Below the pieces are notes generated by a model, which was given only the letters and a program-made list of their open reading frames with translations, did no database searches and was not told the DNA's origin. Positions 49,440-62,806 of a DNA stretch of 64,000 nucleotides are shown one piece after another. Source of the stretch: Octopus vulgaris. Taxonomy: Eukaryota. Within the stretch, counting starts at the first letter, position 1. Each line of letters opens with the position of its first letter. The DNA is taken from positions 3,348,001-3,412,000 of the forward strand of contig OX597829.1 in NCBI GenBank assembly GCA_951406725.2. Reading direction: 5' to 3'. The translations under genes and the position numbers were made by a program.

Positions 49440-49769
49440 AGTTGCCTTCTCAACTCATACTGACTCACAAGGGCCGGTTTCCCGGGGTTTCATGGCATGG
49501 ATGGTTTCCCATCCCCACCTGGATGGGATGTCAGTCTGTCGGAGGATTACTACTTTTTACCAGCTGAGTGGACTGGAGCAACATGAAATGAAATGTTTTG
49601 CTGAAGTGCACAGGAGTAGCTGTATGGTAAGTAGCTTGCTAACCAACCACATGGTTCTGGGTTCAGTCCCACTGCGTGGCATCTTGGGCAAGTGTCTTTT
49701 GCTATAGCCCCGGGCCGACCAATGCCTTGTGAGTGGATTTGGTAGACGGAAACTGAAAGAAGCCTGTCG

Positions 49770-49802
<33 letters not shown>

Positions 49803-50105
49803 ATGTTTGTGTGTCTGTGTTTGTCCCCCCAGCATTGCTTGACAACCGATGCTGGTGTGTTTATGTCCCCGTCACTTAGCGTTTCAGCAAAAGAGACCGA
49901 TAGCATAAGTACTGGGCTTATAAAGAATAAGTCCTGGGGTCGATTTGCTCGACTAAAGGCGGTGCCCCAGCATGGCCGCAGTCAAATGACTGAAACAAGT
50001 AAAAGAGTAAAGGAGTAAAGAATATGTTGCCTGGTCCAGGGATCAAAACCACAATTTTATGAACACGAGTCCAATACCCTAACCACTAAGCCATGTGCCT
50101 CCACA
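49440..50105 (-). mobile_element. SINE family C split by a nested SINE insertion
   Basis: tRNA head at about 50025-50105 and body (CAGCTGAGTGGACTGGAGCAAC) at 49440-49610 flank the inserted element. Confidence 0.7.
49612..50020 (+). mobile_element. Full-length Nin/Deu-domain tRNA SINE with internal microsatellite
   Basis: A/B-box head, GCCTTGTGAGTGGATTTGGTAGACGGAAACTGAAAGAAGCC domain, (TA)(TG) centre and GAGTAAA tail. Fragments at 1645, 18200, 20570, 24500, 48870 and 59115-59265 (-). Confidence 0.85.
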
Positions 50106-51240
50106 CAGCCCTGGTACGATGGGCACATGATTAAAATGTCATAGATTCTTCCATCTAAGCCAACTGGCCACATGACTTAGAAATTGACCAAGAATGAGAT
50201 GGATGGATGACAACCATTGTCTAAGTTAGTTACACTTGGGAATCCAGCAAAAAAGTGTGATGATGTAATGATAGTAAGTCCTGATAGGACCCTATGGAGG
50301 GGGTGCCTGAGGACTCTATCCCCACAACCCTCTAAGAATTGTGGGCGGAGAAAATAGATGGATAACTTGCTCAAGCAGTAGTTTTCTTTAAGCACCAAAG
50401 CTGTAACTTTTGTTAGCACCTTTGGTATCAGCCTGCCTGAGACTGCCCCTGATTCTATGGTACAAACCCCATGCTTTAAGTGATCTAAATTATAACCTTG
50501 ATGAAAATTTCACATTAATTTATGTTCTAAACATCAGCTCAATCATGAAAGTTATTTTACTAAATTCTTCATTATTTTAAAAACTATTGAAACAAATACT
50601 CTATTTCAGTAGAAATATCGTAACTAAATGTTTGACCCTTTTAATACTGATCCACTTGAGACTGCTCTTGATCCTATGATGCAAACTTTTGGTTCTAAAG
50701 TGCTCTAGATGTAAAACCTTCCATCAAAATTTCATGTTAATTTACACTGCAAATATCAATTTAATGAAAGTTATTTCACTAAATTCTGTATTATTTTCAG
50801 AAAGGCAGTGTATTTCAAGAGAAATAACAAAAGGATTAAGTGTGTTTCTACATAAATATAATAACAAATGGATTATGTGTATTTTCAACATAAGTATGAT
50901 AACAAAAGGATTAAGGAAACACTCTTTGTAAGATTTTCAGCAGAATATAAGACTATTGTGGACCAATAGCAAAACCCACCTCACAGACCTTTCTCTATTA
51001 AGCTCCTAAAAATAAAGTAGCCACAACTTATTGATCCTCACCAGCAAAATAAGTCTACGGTACCTAGTAATTCTATAGAAAGTAAAATAGTTTTACTTAG
51101 GCAAATAGCTCTTATCACCATAGCTATTTAATTTTAAATCTGGTGTTGATGAGTGAAACAGCCATGCATTACCATCAAAAACTTCATTTTCATGGACAAT
51201 AATAAATGTCTCTCAATAAAGAAAGAAGCATGGGAATTCT

Positions 51241-51334
<94 letters not shown>

Positions 51335-51441
51335 AGATGTACTCGCATAGCAAGTAATTTGATCTGAGATCGTGTGCTGAAATGAAAACAATTGCAGCGT
51401 GTGTGTTTCTTAAATGGCTTATAAACACCTTCCACGCTGCA

Positions 51442-51488
<47 letters not shown>

Positions 51489-51776
51489 AAAAAATGAAGT
51501 TCGAAAATGCTGCTGTATTATACAATTTTAAATTTTTATATATACATTATAACATGTTTCAGTTCCTGAAATGAACCTTATCAAAAAAAGTTATATATAA
51601 AAAAAGACAGCTCATGCCGTCAAACACAAGAAATTCATTTATAATACACAACGGAGTCAGACATCTTAGAGTTCATGTATAGTTGATATATAGTTCATGT
51701 ATAGTTGATATATAGTTTGAAGTATATGTTCAAAGTGTTCGATGCAGTGGCCCACGGTGGCGATACGTATTCAATA

Positions 51777-51821
<45 letters not shown>

Positions 51822-52321
51822 CATATATATATATATATATACATATGTATGTTTGTCCATCAGCAACAAGGTCTATCTAGTCATCGTGCAGTTGGGATGG
51901 TGTTTGAGCTTTGTGGGTGCATTGGTGAGTGACCAAGCCAAGCAACATTCAGAAGGTTCTCCAGCAATATGGACAAGGAATGGTGGTTATAGCAGGAGAT
52001 TAGATGGTGATGGTTTTCCTGGTCTGCTTGTATTGCTCATTTGCAGCAATATTGTTGGCTTTGCAGGTTTTGACTCTCCTTACAGACAGTTGGTTACCAT
52101 TTGCTTCTGTCCTGATCTATCTGCTTCTGTGTGACAACAGATGCTAAAGACCTTCAGAGATAGCTTTTTAAAGTGGTTTTGAAGCTTTTCTGGAAATGTT
52201 GGTCTTGTTGGAGTTTGCCATATAATAGTTTCTTTGGGTGTTGGTGGCTTGGCTTGCTAACTACATGACTTTCTCAGTGAAGCTATGACTGTGTCAGTAT
52301 AGTGCAGATGCTGGACAGACT

Positions 52322-52623
52322 AGCATCCAACCAAAATGCAAATATATGGGAAACTACCACCTGTGTCATCTCTTGTGAAAGGTAGGAGAGTCCAGTTTGC
52401 TGGACATTGTTGCAGAGCTGAAAAAGAAGTAATTTCTACTCTTCTCCTCTGGAAGCCATCTACTCGCAATACCAGAGGGCGCACACTCTCCTACCCTGAT
52501 GTAATCTCCAGGGATACAGGCATCCAGCAACAGGACCTCCGTAATGCCATGATGGACCGTGAAGTCTGGCGTAGCATGGTAAATTCCATTGTCTCGACCA
52601 CGGTCGAACAATGATGATGATGA
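52322..52623 (+). mobile_element. 3' end of a distinct RTE-clade LINE
   Basis: IYGKLPPVSSLVKGRRVQFAGHCCR...LLLWKP...GR...MMDREVWR ending in (TGA)n. Confidence 0.8.
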
Positions 52624-52629
52624 GCATGG

Positions 52630-53240
52630 GGAAATACCTCAGTGTTTGGGATTTTGTCTTCCCACTTTATGCCAAGACCTTTTTCTGAGGCAGACAGTAT
52701 AGAAGCAGTTCAGTTTCTTTGCATCACATTGGGAGACAATCCACAGTTTGCAGCCATATAGTAGAGATCTGAGAACTATGAACTTGGTTTTGTTTCTAGG
52801 GTTATACTTCTCTTGTTCTACATTTTCTTCCAGAGTTTGCCAAAGCAACTCTTGTCTTCCTGAGTTTGGTGGTTACCTTATCATCAATACCATTTCTGGT
52901 AAGTGTGCCTCCAAAGTATGGAAATTTAACTACTTCATTCAGTCACTGCTGATTGATGTTAATGGTGGGTTCAGTGTAAGGCTTTCCAGAAATTCACTGA
53001 TGCATTACTTCCGACTTCTTTGTACTGATCAAAGTTGTCAGAAGCCTCGGAGAATTTGTCAACACTGAGCTGCATGTCAACCTTGGTGGCAGCATTGAGA
53101 GTAGTGTCATCAGCAAACAAGAAGACATTGATGATGTCTGTCAAGACCTTGGTGTTTGCTTGAAGATTCCTGAGGTTAAAGAGTGAGTCATCAGTGCTGT
53201 GTTTGATGCTGGTGTCTGTATCCTTGAAGGCACCTGTCAA
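52630..53240 (-). mobile_element. Degenerate BovB-like RTE RT fragment
   Basis: LFNLRNLQANTKV...FLFADD...VLRSLLYGCKLW. An AT-richer relative of 12238-13622. Confidence 0.8.
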
Positions 53241-53245
53241 CATCA

Positions 53246-53303
<58 letters not shown>

Positions 53304-53734
53304 TGATGATATACACATGTCAATCATCTTCATCATTTAATGTGTTTTCCATACTAGCAAGTGTTGGATAGTTTGACAAGAGTTTGCAAGCCAGGGGGCT
53401 TTGCCAAGCGCAATTGTCTGTTATCTCTCTATATATAATATATATATATATATTGTTGTAGTTTAACTAATAATGTTAGTGTTTAATCCTTCCTTGAATT
53501 AAGACTGAATGAATGTGATGATATCAAAGGTATGTTTGTTTCCAAACAACACTTATTTTAGAGCCGTTGAGACTGCTAGATTGAATGGTAATGCCAAGGC
53601 GTCAAAACCATAGTAATATCTGTGTGGTAGCTGATGATGGAGGTATGTTGGATTGTTGGTATAGTTGTTATTGTATGTGCCAATTAGTTTTATAACACAT
53701 CCATTTTTTATAAATATATAAGAGCCTTATATTT

Positions 53735-54612
53735 TCAGTGTTTACTGCTCCTGAGCATCTGCCACATACAAAAACTATCTTCCCATTTAGCCTTGCTTTG
53801 ATATTGCTGCACCTCTTACGTTTGCCTTCCTACTTATTAGAACTTTGGTTTTAGCTAGGTTATTCTAAGGCCCTTCGATTCTAATCCTTGTTAGCTAGGT
53901 TATTCTAAGGCCCTTCGATTCTAATCCTTGTTTCCACACCTGAAACTTCTCCTCGAGTTCTGATAGAGACTCAGCAATTAGAGCAAGGTCATTAGCATAG
54001 AGGAGCTCTCAGAAGCATCCTGTCTTGAATTCCTCTGTTACTGCCTATGATAAATAGGAGTGGGCTGAGGACTGAACCTTCGTGGACCCCTACATCTACC
54101 GGAATTCTTCACAGCACTCATTGCCAACCCTCACCTTGCTGACAGCATCCCTGTACATTGCTTGTACAGCTCTCACTAACCACTCATCTACCTCTAGTTT
54201 CCGCATTGACCACCAGATAAGGGATCAGGTTTTCTCCATGTCAATAAAAGCCAGGTACAGAGGTTTATCTTTGGCTAGGTATTTCTCCTGCAGCTGTTTT
54301 ACCAGAAATATAACATCAATGGTACTTTTCCCTGGCATGAAACCAAACTTCATCTCATCTAAACTGATTCTCTCCCTAATTAGTTGAGCTATGGCCCTCT
54401 CCGTGACCTTCATTACCTGATCCAGCAACTCGACACCTCTGTAATTATTTGTATCTAAAGTGTCACCTTTACCTTTGTAGCAGTTGACTATTATGCTGCT
54501 ACACCAGTCATTGGGTATGACTCCTTCGCGTATCACCTGGTTAACTATACGGGTGACTATGCCATAGCCAACACCGCCAGATATTTTGAGCATCTCTGCA
54601 GTGATTCCTGAT
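53735..54612 (-). mobile_element. RTE family A RT fragment
   Basis: PSGITAEMLK, YKGKGD, NYRG, FGFMPGKSTID and LAFIDMEK; carries an exact 40-bp tandem duplication at 53851-53930. Confidence 0.9.
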
Positions 54613-54677
54613 GGAATTATGCATATATGTATATAAGTATAATGTATGCATATATTCATATACATACATACATACAT

Positions 54678-54708
<31 letters not shown>

Positions 54709-54711
54709 CTC

Positions 54712-54795
54712 TATTTAAAGCAGCAGAAAATTCAACAAAACCTGTTACTCTGAGTTTCACATTGCCGTTCATTGAATTTTCTGCTGCTTTAAATA
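54712..54795. repeat. 24-bp perfect inverted repeat enclosing a 5'-truncated hammerhead (minus strand)
   Basis: Arms TATTTAAAGCAGCAGAAAATTCAA / TTGAATTTTCTGCTGCTTTAAATA. The spacer on the minus strand reads TGA-ACG-gcaa-TGT-GAAA-CTC-a-GAG-TA. Confidence 0.8.
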
Positions 54796-54953
54796 AAGCA
54801 TATTACTCTACCACTGGTATTTGAGTACTCTTTTTTCCACCTTGTTTCACATTTATGGGTTTACTCCGGTATATATATATATATATATATACATACAGGC
54901 ATGCATATATATATATACATAAATACATATGTAAGTGCATATATATATATATA

Positions 54954-55022
<69 letters not shown>

Positions 55023-55026
<4 letters not shown>

Positions 55027-55875
55027 TCATCATCATCGTTTAGCATCCGCTTTCCATGCTAGCATGGGTTGGACGGTTCAACTGGGGTCTGTGAAGCCAG
55101 AAGGCTGCATCAGGCCCAGTCTGATCTGGCAGTGTTTCTACGGCTGGATGCCCTTCCTAACGCCAACCACTCTGTGAGTGTAGTGGGTGCTTTTTACGTG
55201 CCACCCACACAGGTGCCAGACGGAGCTGGCAAACGGCCACGGACGGATGGTGCTTTTTACGTGTCACCGGCACGGAGGCCAGTCGGGGCGGCGCTGGCAA
55301 CGGCCACGATCAGATGGTTTGCTTACTTGTCACCAGCACTGGTATCACAGCCGCAATTTCCATTGATGTTGATCGACTTCGATTTTGGTTCTGCTTTCTG
55401 ATATCTGATTTGATTTGGTTTGATTTGATTTGATTTTCATTTGCCTCAATGGGTCTTCACAAGTGGAGTTTTGTGTCCCAAGAAGGAAAGGTATGTATAA
55501 GTTGACTGGCTACATACCAGGTAGAGGCCACGGGTTATGGTCTCACTAGTCTTGCCGGGTCTTCTCACGCACAGCATACTTCCATAGGTCTCGGTCTCTA
55601 GTCATTTCCTTGGTGAGACCTAAAGTTCGAAGGTCGTGCTTCACCACCTTGTCCCAGGTTTTCCTAGGTCTACTTCTTCCACAGGTTCCCTCAACTGCTA
55701 GGGTGTGGCACTTTTGCACACAACTATCTTCAGCCATTCTCGCCACATGACCATACCAGCGCAGACGTCTCTCTTGCACACCACAACTGATGCTTCTTAG
55801 GTCCAACTTTTCTCTCAAGGTACTTACACTCTGTCGATTATGAACACTGACATTACACATCCATCAGAGCATTCT

Positions 55876-55878
<3 letters not shown>
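55023..55878 (-). mobile_element. 5'-truncated RTE family A (ORF end plus full 3' UTR)
   Basis: ORF 55546..55860 RRLRWYGHVARM...GRSRPRKTW, then the UTR and (CAT)n. Confidence 0.92.
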
Positions 55879-55925
<47 letters not shown>

Positions 55926-56161
55926 TATAGATACCCATTTATGTGATAGTCAACAAAGATACATACACTGAGAGTCACATAGCAGAACTTAATATTTATG
56001 CAGGGAAGAGAAGTGCTCATGGTCTTTAGGTGCTTTTGCAGACTGTTGAGATTGATTTGAGGAAATGTTATTCCTAACTTACAGGGAAAAATTCAATTTA
56101 GAAATACTAAATCAAATTTCACAAAATATAATATATATATCTAAAAATTAGAAAAAAACAC

Positions 56162-56205
<44 letters not shown>

Positions 56206-56206
<1 letters not shown>

Positions 56207-56730
56207 GAAGCTAGTATGCTTCGCTGGATGTGCAATGTCAGTGTTTCATGTACAACAGAGTGTGTCTTGAGAGAAAAACTGGTCATAAGAGGCATCAGAT
56301 GTGGAGATGTGTTGTGCAAGAGAGACACCTGCACTGATGTGATGCATATGGACAAAGACAAATGTGTAAAGAAGTGCTGAGGAGTGAACCTGTGGAAGAG
56401 GTAGACTCAGGAAGACATGGGACAAGGTAGTGAAGGATGACATACGAATGTTGGGCCTCAAAAAAGGCGATGGCAAGTAACTGAGACCGTTGGTGATATG
56501 CTGTGCTTGAGAAGACTTATCAAGTCAAAAGAAACCATAGTTGTGGCTGATGCCAGTGTCACATAACTGGTACCCGTGCTGGTGACATGTAAAAATCACC
56601 CGTAAAAAAACCCCACACTTGGAATGGTTAGCGTAAGGAAGGGCTTCCAGCTGCAGAAACCATGGTAAATCAGAATGGAACCTGGTGCAATTCTTCAGCT
56701 TTCCAGTTCCAGTCAAACCATCTAACCCAA
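56206..56730 (+). mobile_element. Older RTE family A 3' fragment
   Basis: EASMLRWMCNVSV...GRGRLRKTWDKVV plus a decayed UTR. Confidence 0.8.
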
Positions 56731-56889
56731 TATATATATATATATATTTATATGCATCTACATATGGTTACATAGGGTTAAACTCAGCTCACCTTGATTT
56801 CAATTAGCATACACATATATATATATATATATATGTGTGCAATATATGTATAAATATGCTAATTGAAATCATACATTGAAATCAAGGTA

Positions 56890-58620
56890 CTTTTAGGACA
56901 TCAGTTCTCAAGTGCAACGACACACCAGTCACCTTGGTTCTTGGTTATCACCTCCATAAGGCTTCTCCATCTTGAGATTAGCTTTCATCTCATGTCTTCC
57001 TAAGTCTCCAGCTTTCACAAATTTCATCTGATGAGAGAGGTGGCTGTAACTGTCCATATCTTATGTACAGCCCAACTGATGTGAAACTTTGTAGAATATC
57101 AAGTTATCTATCATGGTATATGCTCACTCACCTCTTGACTTCTCCTACTGATGTCATAAGTATATCATATAGGATCAGCATTCACGTGTGTTTAGGTTGT
57201 AGTTCATGCTGGATGATAGAGCCCTTAAACTTATCTGGGATGCTTGATCCCCACCCCTTTGTCTTTTGCGGTCAAGCATTTGCTTATTTCTCAGTCGTAT
57301 ATGAAATGCTTCCAGCTTCTGTCAGTAAAGAAGGCATCATATCATTCCCCCAAGAATTTCATCGGGCTCTCCTCAATAGAAGATATAACCTCAATTTACC
57401 CTGAACTTGGAGCTAGTCACCTGTGCATTTGAAACACCCAAAGAAACCTGGGATGCTACCGTTCTGAATAGATGTATCAATCTGTTTATTACATTAATAT
57501 ATTTGTTTTGCAAGATTTTTGATGTGAAATTGTGTGTTGAAACAGATATTGTTGTATTTAGGAATGGTCATTTTGCCAGTTTAGCCAGAAAGAAGAAAGC
57601 AAAGGACCACTGATGCGGTCACAGGAGTGTGACGAAAGAACTCTGGCCGAAATAAGATTAAGATTAATGTAAAAAATAAATAACGCTGAAGCAAAGTAAC
57701 ACCAAATATATAGTGCGTGTGTTTTTATTGGCTAAACTGGCAAAATGACCATTCCTAAATACAACAAAATCTGTTTATTCTTCACATCATCCTTTTAGAT
57801 AGGACTAAGATCTTGACTTCAACACAGAAATGGTTTGGAACTGACTAATCTCTGGAGAATTTGCTTCCTTCAATATGAAGAAGCCTTCAGTTCTTTTTCG
57901 GGATGATGATATGGTGCCTTTTACCCATACTCTCAATAAGAATTACCACAGCCTGTAGAGTAGTATTAGGAATGTCAGTTATACAACTTGGTCTTGGTGC
58001 AAATGCAGATCAAACTTTCCATACAACCTCTTGGACTTATTTCTATGTTGGTTCTTTTGAAATAAGCTCTTCTTTGGGAGTTCTTGTTTTGTTAATCATT
58101 AGGTCTGCAGTTAATATATGTCTACAAAAAATCTTAGCTTGACTCTCTGTATGGAATTCTTCCACAATTCCTTTAACGCTGACTAGTCTTTCAGACCTTG
58201 CTTTTACTAACAGTATTTTAGTAAATTGGTATGGGATCTTAGTAAAGTGAGCTTCCTTTGCTCGCTCCTTCTTCCTCACTGTGTGAGACCTTTCTGCCCT
58301 TCTTAGCTTGCACATTTTATTCCAAAGACTTCTAGGCTTTCCTCAACACTTGTTCATTTGACTTGCTTATTGAATCTTAATTTCTCTACTCAGATACAAA
58401 ATCTTTCTCTCCCTTCTTTTGAGCTTTGTGGGTACATCTATAGTGGCTCTCCTTTCTTTGGTGTCAAAATATTCATTGGACATGTTGGAGACAATCACCT
58501 TTTGATTGGTCCTGTTTGTGTGGCCTTCAGAACCTTGTCAAGATCCTGGTCTAGTTTGTCCCATGCTGTACAGTTATTAGCTGGAAGTTATTTTACTCTC
58601 CACATTTAACCATTCCATCT
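56890..58620 (-). mobile_element. Decayed R2-superfamily (Hero/NeSL-like) non-LTR retrotransposon fragments
   Basis: RAERSHTVRKKERAKEAHFTKIPYQFTKILL; KGTISSS..RTEGFFILKE.NSPEISQFQTISVL; SIEESPMKFLG...YDAFFTD. These resemble Hero-type pre-RT and RT segments. Confidence 0.6.
57541..57775. mobile_element. Fold-back insertion with 47-bp inverted arms and an internal hammerhead motif
   Basis: Arms at 57541-57587 and 57729-57775. Spacer 57605-57648 reads CCA-CTGATGC-g-GTCACA-ggag-TGTGAC-GAAA-G-aa-C-TC-TGG. Confidence 0.8.
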
Positions 58621-59284
58621 TTGAACTTCTCTGCATTAGCATCTGAAATGTAAGATTTTCTCTACCCTGATGATGGACGCTCAACTTATCCAATGTTGAT
58701 TGCTCCCATTACAGCATATTGTAATGAACTACACCTACCAACATTATGATGGATCTCTGAGCCCCCAATAACAGCAGTTGGACTCATAACACCTTTCTTT
58801 CTTCTCTTTAATTTTCTGTCGCTTGTACTCTAAGTTGGATCCATTAATATCAATATCTATATATTTATACTTAAATATTCATTGTCTAAAAGTCTCCATC
58901 TTTTGGTTTCACTTGTTTTTCCCATGTACATATTTTGTTTTTCATATCCAAACTATTATATTTAATATATCTAAATTGTTTATCTGCATAATTGCCTCCA
59001 TATCTGCTCAACTTAATCCATCTTACAGCCATTCTTTACCCCATGGAATTAATCCCGAGCACTACTGTCTTCTATACTGAGAATCTCTGGATCTTACCAG
59101 TGGACTATAGGTTTCTTTTTATTTCTTGGTTCCATCTATCAAACCCACTCACAAGGCTTTGGTCGACCCAGGGCTATAGTAGAAGACTGTTGCCCAAGGT
59201 GCCATGCTGTGAGACTGAACCCAGAACAATGAGGGCTGGGAAGTAAACTTACCACAGCCACACCAATATATATATGTATATGAA

Positions 59285-59338
<54 letters not shown>

Positions 59339-59399
59339 AAAAAATTTTATCTAGTTTCAGCTCACGAGGTGTGGCCATGCTGGGGCACCACCATTCGTT

Positions 59400-59565
59400 T
59401 ATGTGTTTATATATATATATGTTTATATATATATATGTGTTTATATATATATATATATATATGTTTATATATATATATGTGTGTGTTTATAGATATGTGT
59501 TTATATATATATATATATATGTGTTTATATATATATATGTGTGTTTATATATATATATATATGTT

Positions 59566-59596
<31 letters not shown>

Positions 59597-59887
59597 TTAT
59601 ATATATATGTTTGTATATATATATATATATGTGTGTGTTTATATATATACATACATAAATGTACGCATATGCACATACATAAACATTTATAGATATGTGA
59701 ACACACATATTTATATTTATACATATACATACACAGGTTTGGTGGAAGAAACAGGAAATACACAAACGTATTATACACACGCACACACACACATATATAT
59801 ATATATATATCTACATACACTCATATGTCACTGTACGATATACGTACAAACATATATTTATGTATAATTCTACATACACACATATAC

Positions 59888-59923
<36 letters not shown>

Positions 59924-59925
59924 AT
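59400..59925. repeat. (TA)n/TGTGTTTATA minisatellite-like tract
   Basis: Read directly from the sequence. Confidence 0.9.
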
Positions 59926-59959
59926 GTTCCATTCTATTCTGTTTCATTCGTCGAATAAT

Positions 59960-60060
59960 GTCAGAGTAGAAATGTATGCGCGCATGCGCAGTGCCGTCCA
60001 TTGTGAGACGTCGTCGCCGCCGCCGCCGTCGCTCTGTTCCCCCGGTTGTAGTAGTTTTGT
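59960..60060. promoter_or_regulatory. CpG-rich promoter-like element with an NRF1 palindrome
   Basis: GCGCATGCGCA at about 59980-59990 followed by a (CGC/CGT)n run, in otherwise CpG-poor DNA. Confidence 0.5.
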
Positions 60061-60355
60061 GTGTGTATGCTAATGTCGGCTCTCTTAATTCCTCTTCTTC
60101 TCTTCCCCTCTCTCTTATATCACCACTAACACACGCACACACGCCAACAACGCTGCTCGCCTCTAAAAATCCTTATGCGCTCTCACACACACACACACAC
60201 ATATATATATACGCGCATAAATGTATGTATAGTCGTAGAGAAGAAATACGACCCAGTCATACGCTCTCATAGTGTCAGGCTCACCCATACACACACATAA
60301 TACATTCTACACACACACACGCATATATATATACGCACACATATATAGATATACC

Positions 60356-60568
60356 CACACATACATATATATAATTATATGTATATTTATATACACACTT
60401 GCAATTAGACGCATCTTAATTGTGAAACTAACCACACACACACACATATATATACGCACACATACATATATACGCACACATATATATATACGCACACATA
60501 CATATATATAATTATATGTATATTTATATACACACTTGCAATTAGACGCATCTTAATTGTGAAACTAA
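60356..60568. repeat. Direct duplication of ~75 bp
   Basis: CACATACATATATATAATTATATG...CAATTAGACGCATCTTAATTGTGAAACTAA occurs twice. Confidence 0.9.
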
Positions 60569-62023
60569 TCACACACACACACTCACATATAATTTATATA
60601 CATTTTATAATTAGGATTTTAAAATATATGACCAACACATGGTGCACAATTATATGCAAATATAAAGATACCAGAAAGACTCACAATTAAATGCATAACA
60701 CACACACACACACATATATATATATAATGAGGTTTAGTTAAGAGAAGCAAGTTTGTGAATCGATTTTTTTTTTAAAAAGGCGATGTAGATTGAGATTTAG
60801 TTAGTAAATTTTTGAAAGTAATTATTATTCTAATTTAAAAAAAAAAATTTTACAAGAAGAATCGGTGGGAAAGTAAAGGCGACCTAGCTTCGTTGTGATC
60901 CATTTCAAAGTTTAACCAACAAGTACATGCACAAACGTATATATATATATATATAATATATATACATATATATATACATACATATATTAGTAAGACATAT
61001 ACTAACACACATTGCATATGTAATATGGGCATTATATATAATTGTATATAACCCTTACTATTGTTTTATATTTATAAAAAATTAAGGTGTCTAGAGAATA
61101 AAGAGAAAGAATACAAAAATGGAAAATTAAACCATTAAGCAAACCCACTTTGTTTCCATATCTTTAAAAAAAAAAAATTTGAATTATGGCTATTATTGCA
61201 AAAGAGCTTTAGTCCCCTGAAATAAGTTTATACACATAGATGTATGTGTACACATTAGTTTGATGTGTATTCTATCTGAACCTTTCATGTTTGTATGAAA
61301 AATCAATGATTTTACGACTGAGAAGAAAAGGAAAAGAATTGCTATATCAGAAGAAAGCCGTCACCACTAAACCATCATCAACAATATAAACTATTGCTGG
61401 CATCACCACCACCACCACCATCATCAACAGCATAACCAATACAACTATTACCGCCGCAACCACCACCACCATCTTCACCGACATCATCATCATTATTATT
61501 ATCATCAGGAAAGAAAGGAAAAGAAGCCGAAAAAGCAGGAGCGACGACACATTTGAAAAGTAGGAGCATCAACAACAATATCATCAGCACTAGTTATTAG
61601 TTTTATTATATTATATACTAGAATATGGCAAATGGAGAAAGCAGGCAAAAACAACACAAAATATTGAAATAACAGGTGCTTTTATTATATATATATATAT
61701 TATACATACATTTATTAATATTTCTCTCTTTTAATTGTTTTACTTTAATAACAAAATTGTTTTTGAATTGTTGATTTTTTTAAAAGATTTTATTTACTCA
61801 CCACTTAATTTTCTAAGCTTTTTTTTTAATTGATATCCTTGATTTTGCTCTATCATTGTTGGTGTTTTTAGGTTTTAATTATTATATGTATAAAAAAAAG
61901 AGTGTAAACCTTTTTGTAAAGGAAGATATATTGATAAATTATACTAAAATGTCCCTTATTTAAAATGAATGATAATAATTATAGAATTACACTAATACAC
62001 ACGCACTTTATCCTAATGTAATA

Positions 62024-62066
<43 letters not shown>

Positions 62067-62787
62067 GTATGTATGTATTATTACATATGAATGTAATGTT
62101 TCCATATATGTGTGATAATATATAGAGTAGGTTAGAATATCTGCTGTAATGTAATAATATAAGCCAGGACTTGCTGTCATATTCCATGTAATGTAGTAGT
62201 TTCTATCTTCTTACCTGTTTTTATTTCTTATATTCATATCCATATGAATCTTCATTCTAATCACACATTTCTCTTGTCTATTGTAATTGCTTATTTCTTA
62301 TTCTTCTTGTAATTGCTTTTCCAAACCACACATAATCTTAAAAAAAGACAATTAGAAAAAATGAACCAGCTTTAAATCTTGCTTAAACTAAATTTAATAT
62401 TTGCTCATTTCTCATGCATATATTATATTGGTTAATTTCATATTCTATCCCTGACATTCACTGAGTGTATATGCATACAAATTATGTATATACACACTGG
62501 TGTATTATTATTTAAGACATGTATACAATATAATCCTGAAACCTTGCTAATTATTTATATAATATTATGTCTTGAAGTCTCTCAACCATGTTCTACCCAG
62601 TTCTCATTATTTCTCTTTGTATCACATTTATATACACAAACGCACACAAAGTTGATGTTTATTTTGTCCCCTTTTCTTCACTATTGCATACTATATAATA
62701 TACACGTACACATCTATAATATTCAGACCGAGATCTGCCTTATTTCGTGTCTCAACTATTTAATACTCTTCAACCTTGTTCTCATGT

Positions 62788-62806
62788 AAGATGGCGCCCG
62801 CCCGAC
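62788..62806 (+). promoter_or_regulatory. YY1-like motif
   Basis: AAGATGGCGCCCGCCCG in a TE-poor region. Confidence 0.35.
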
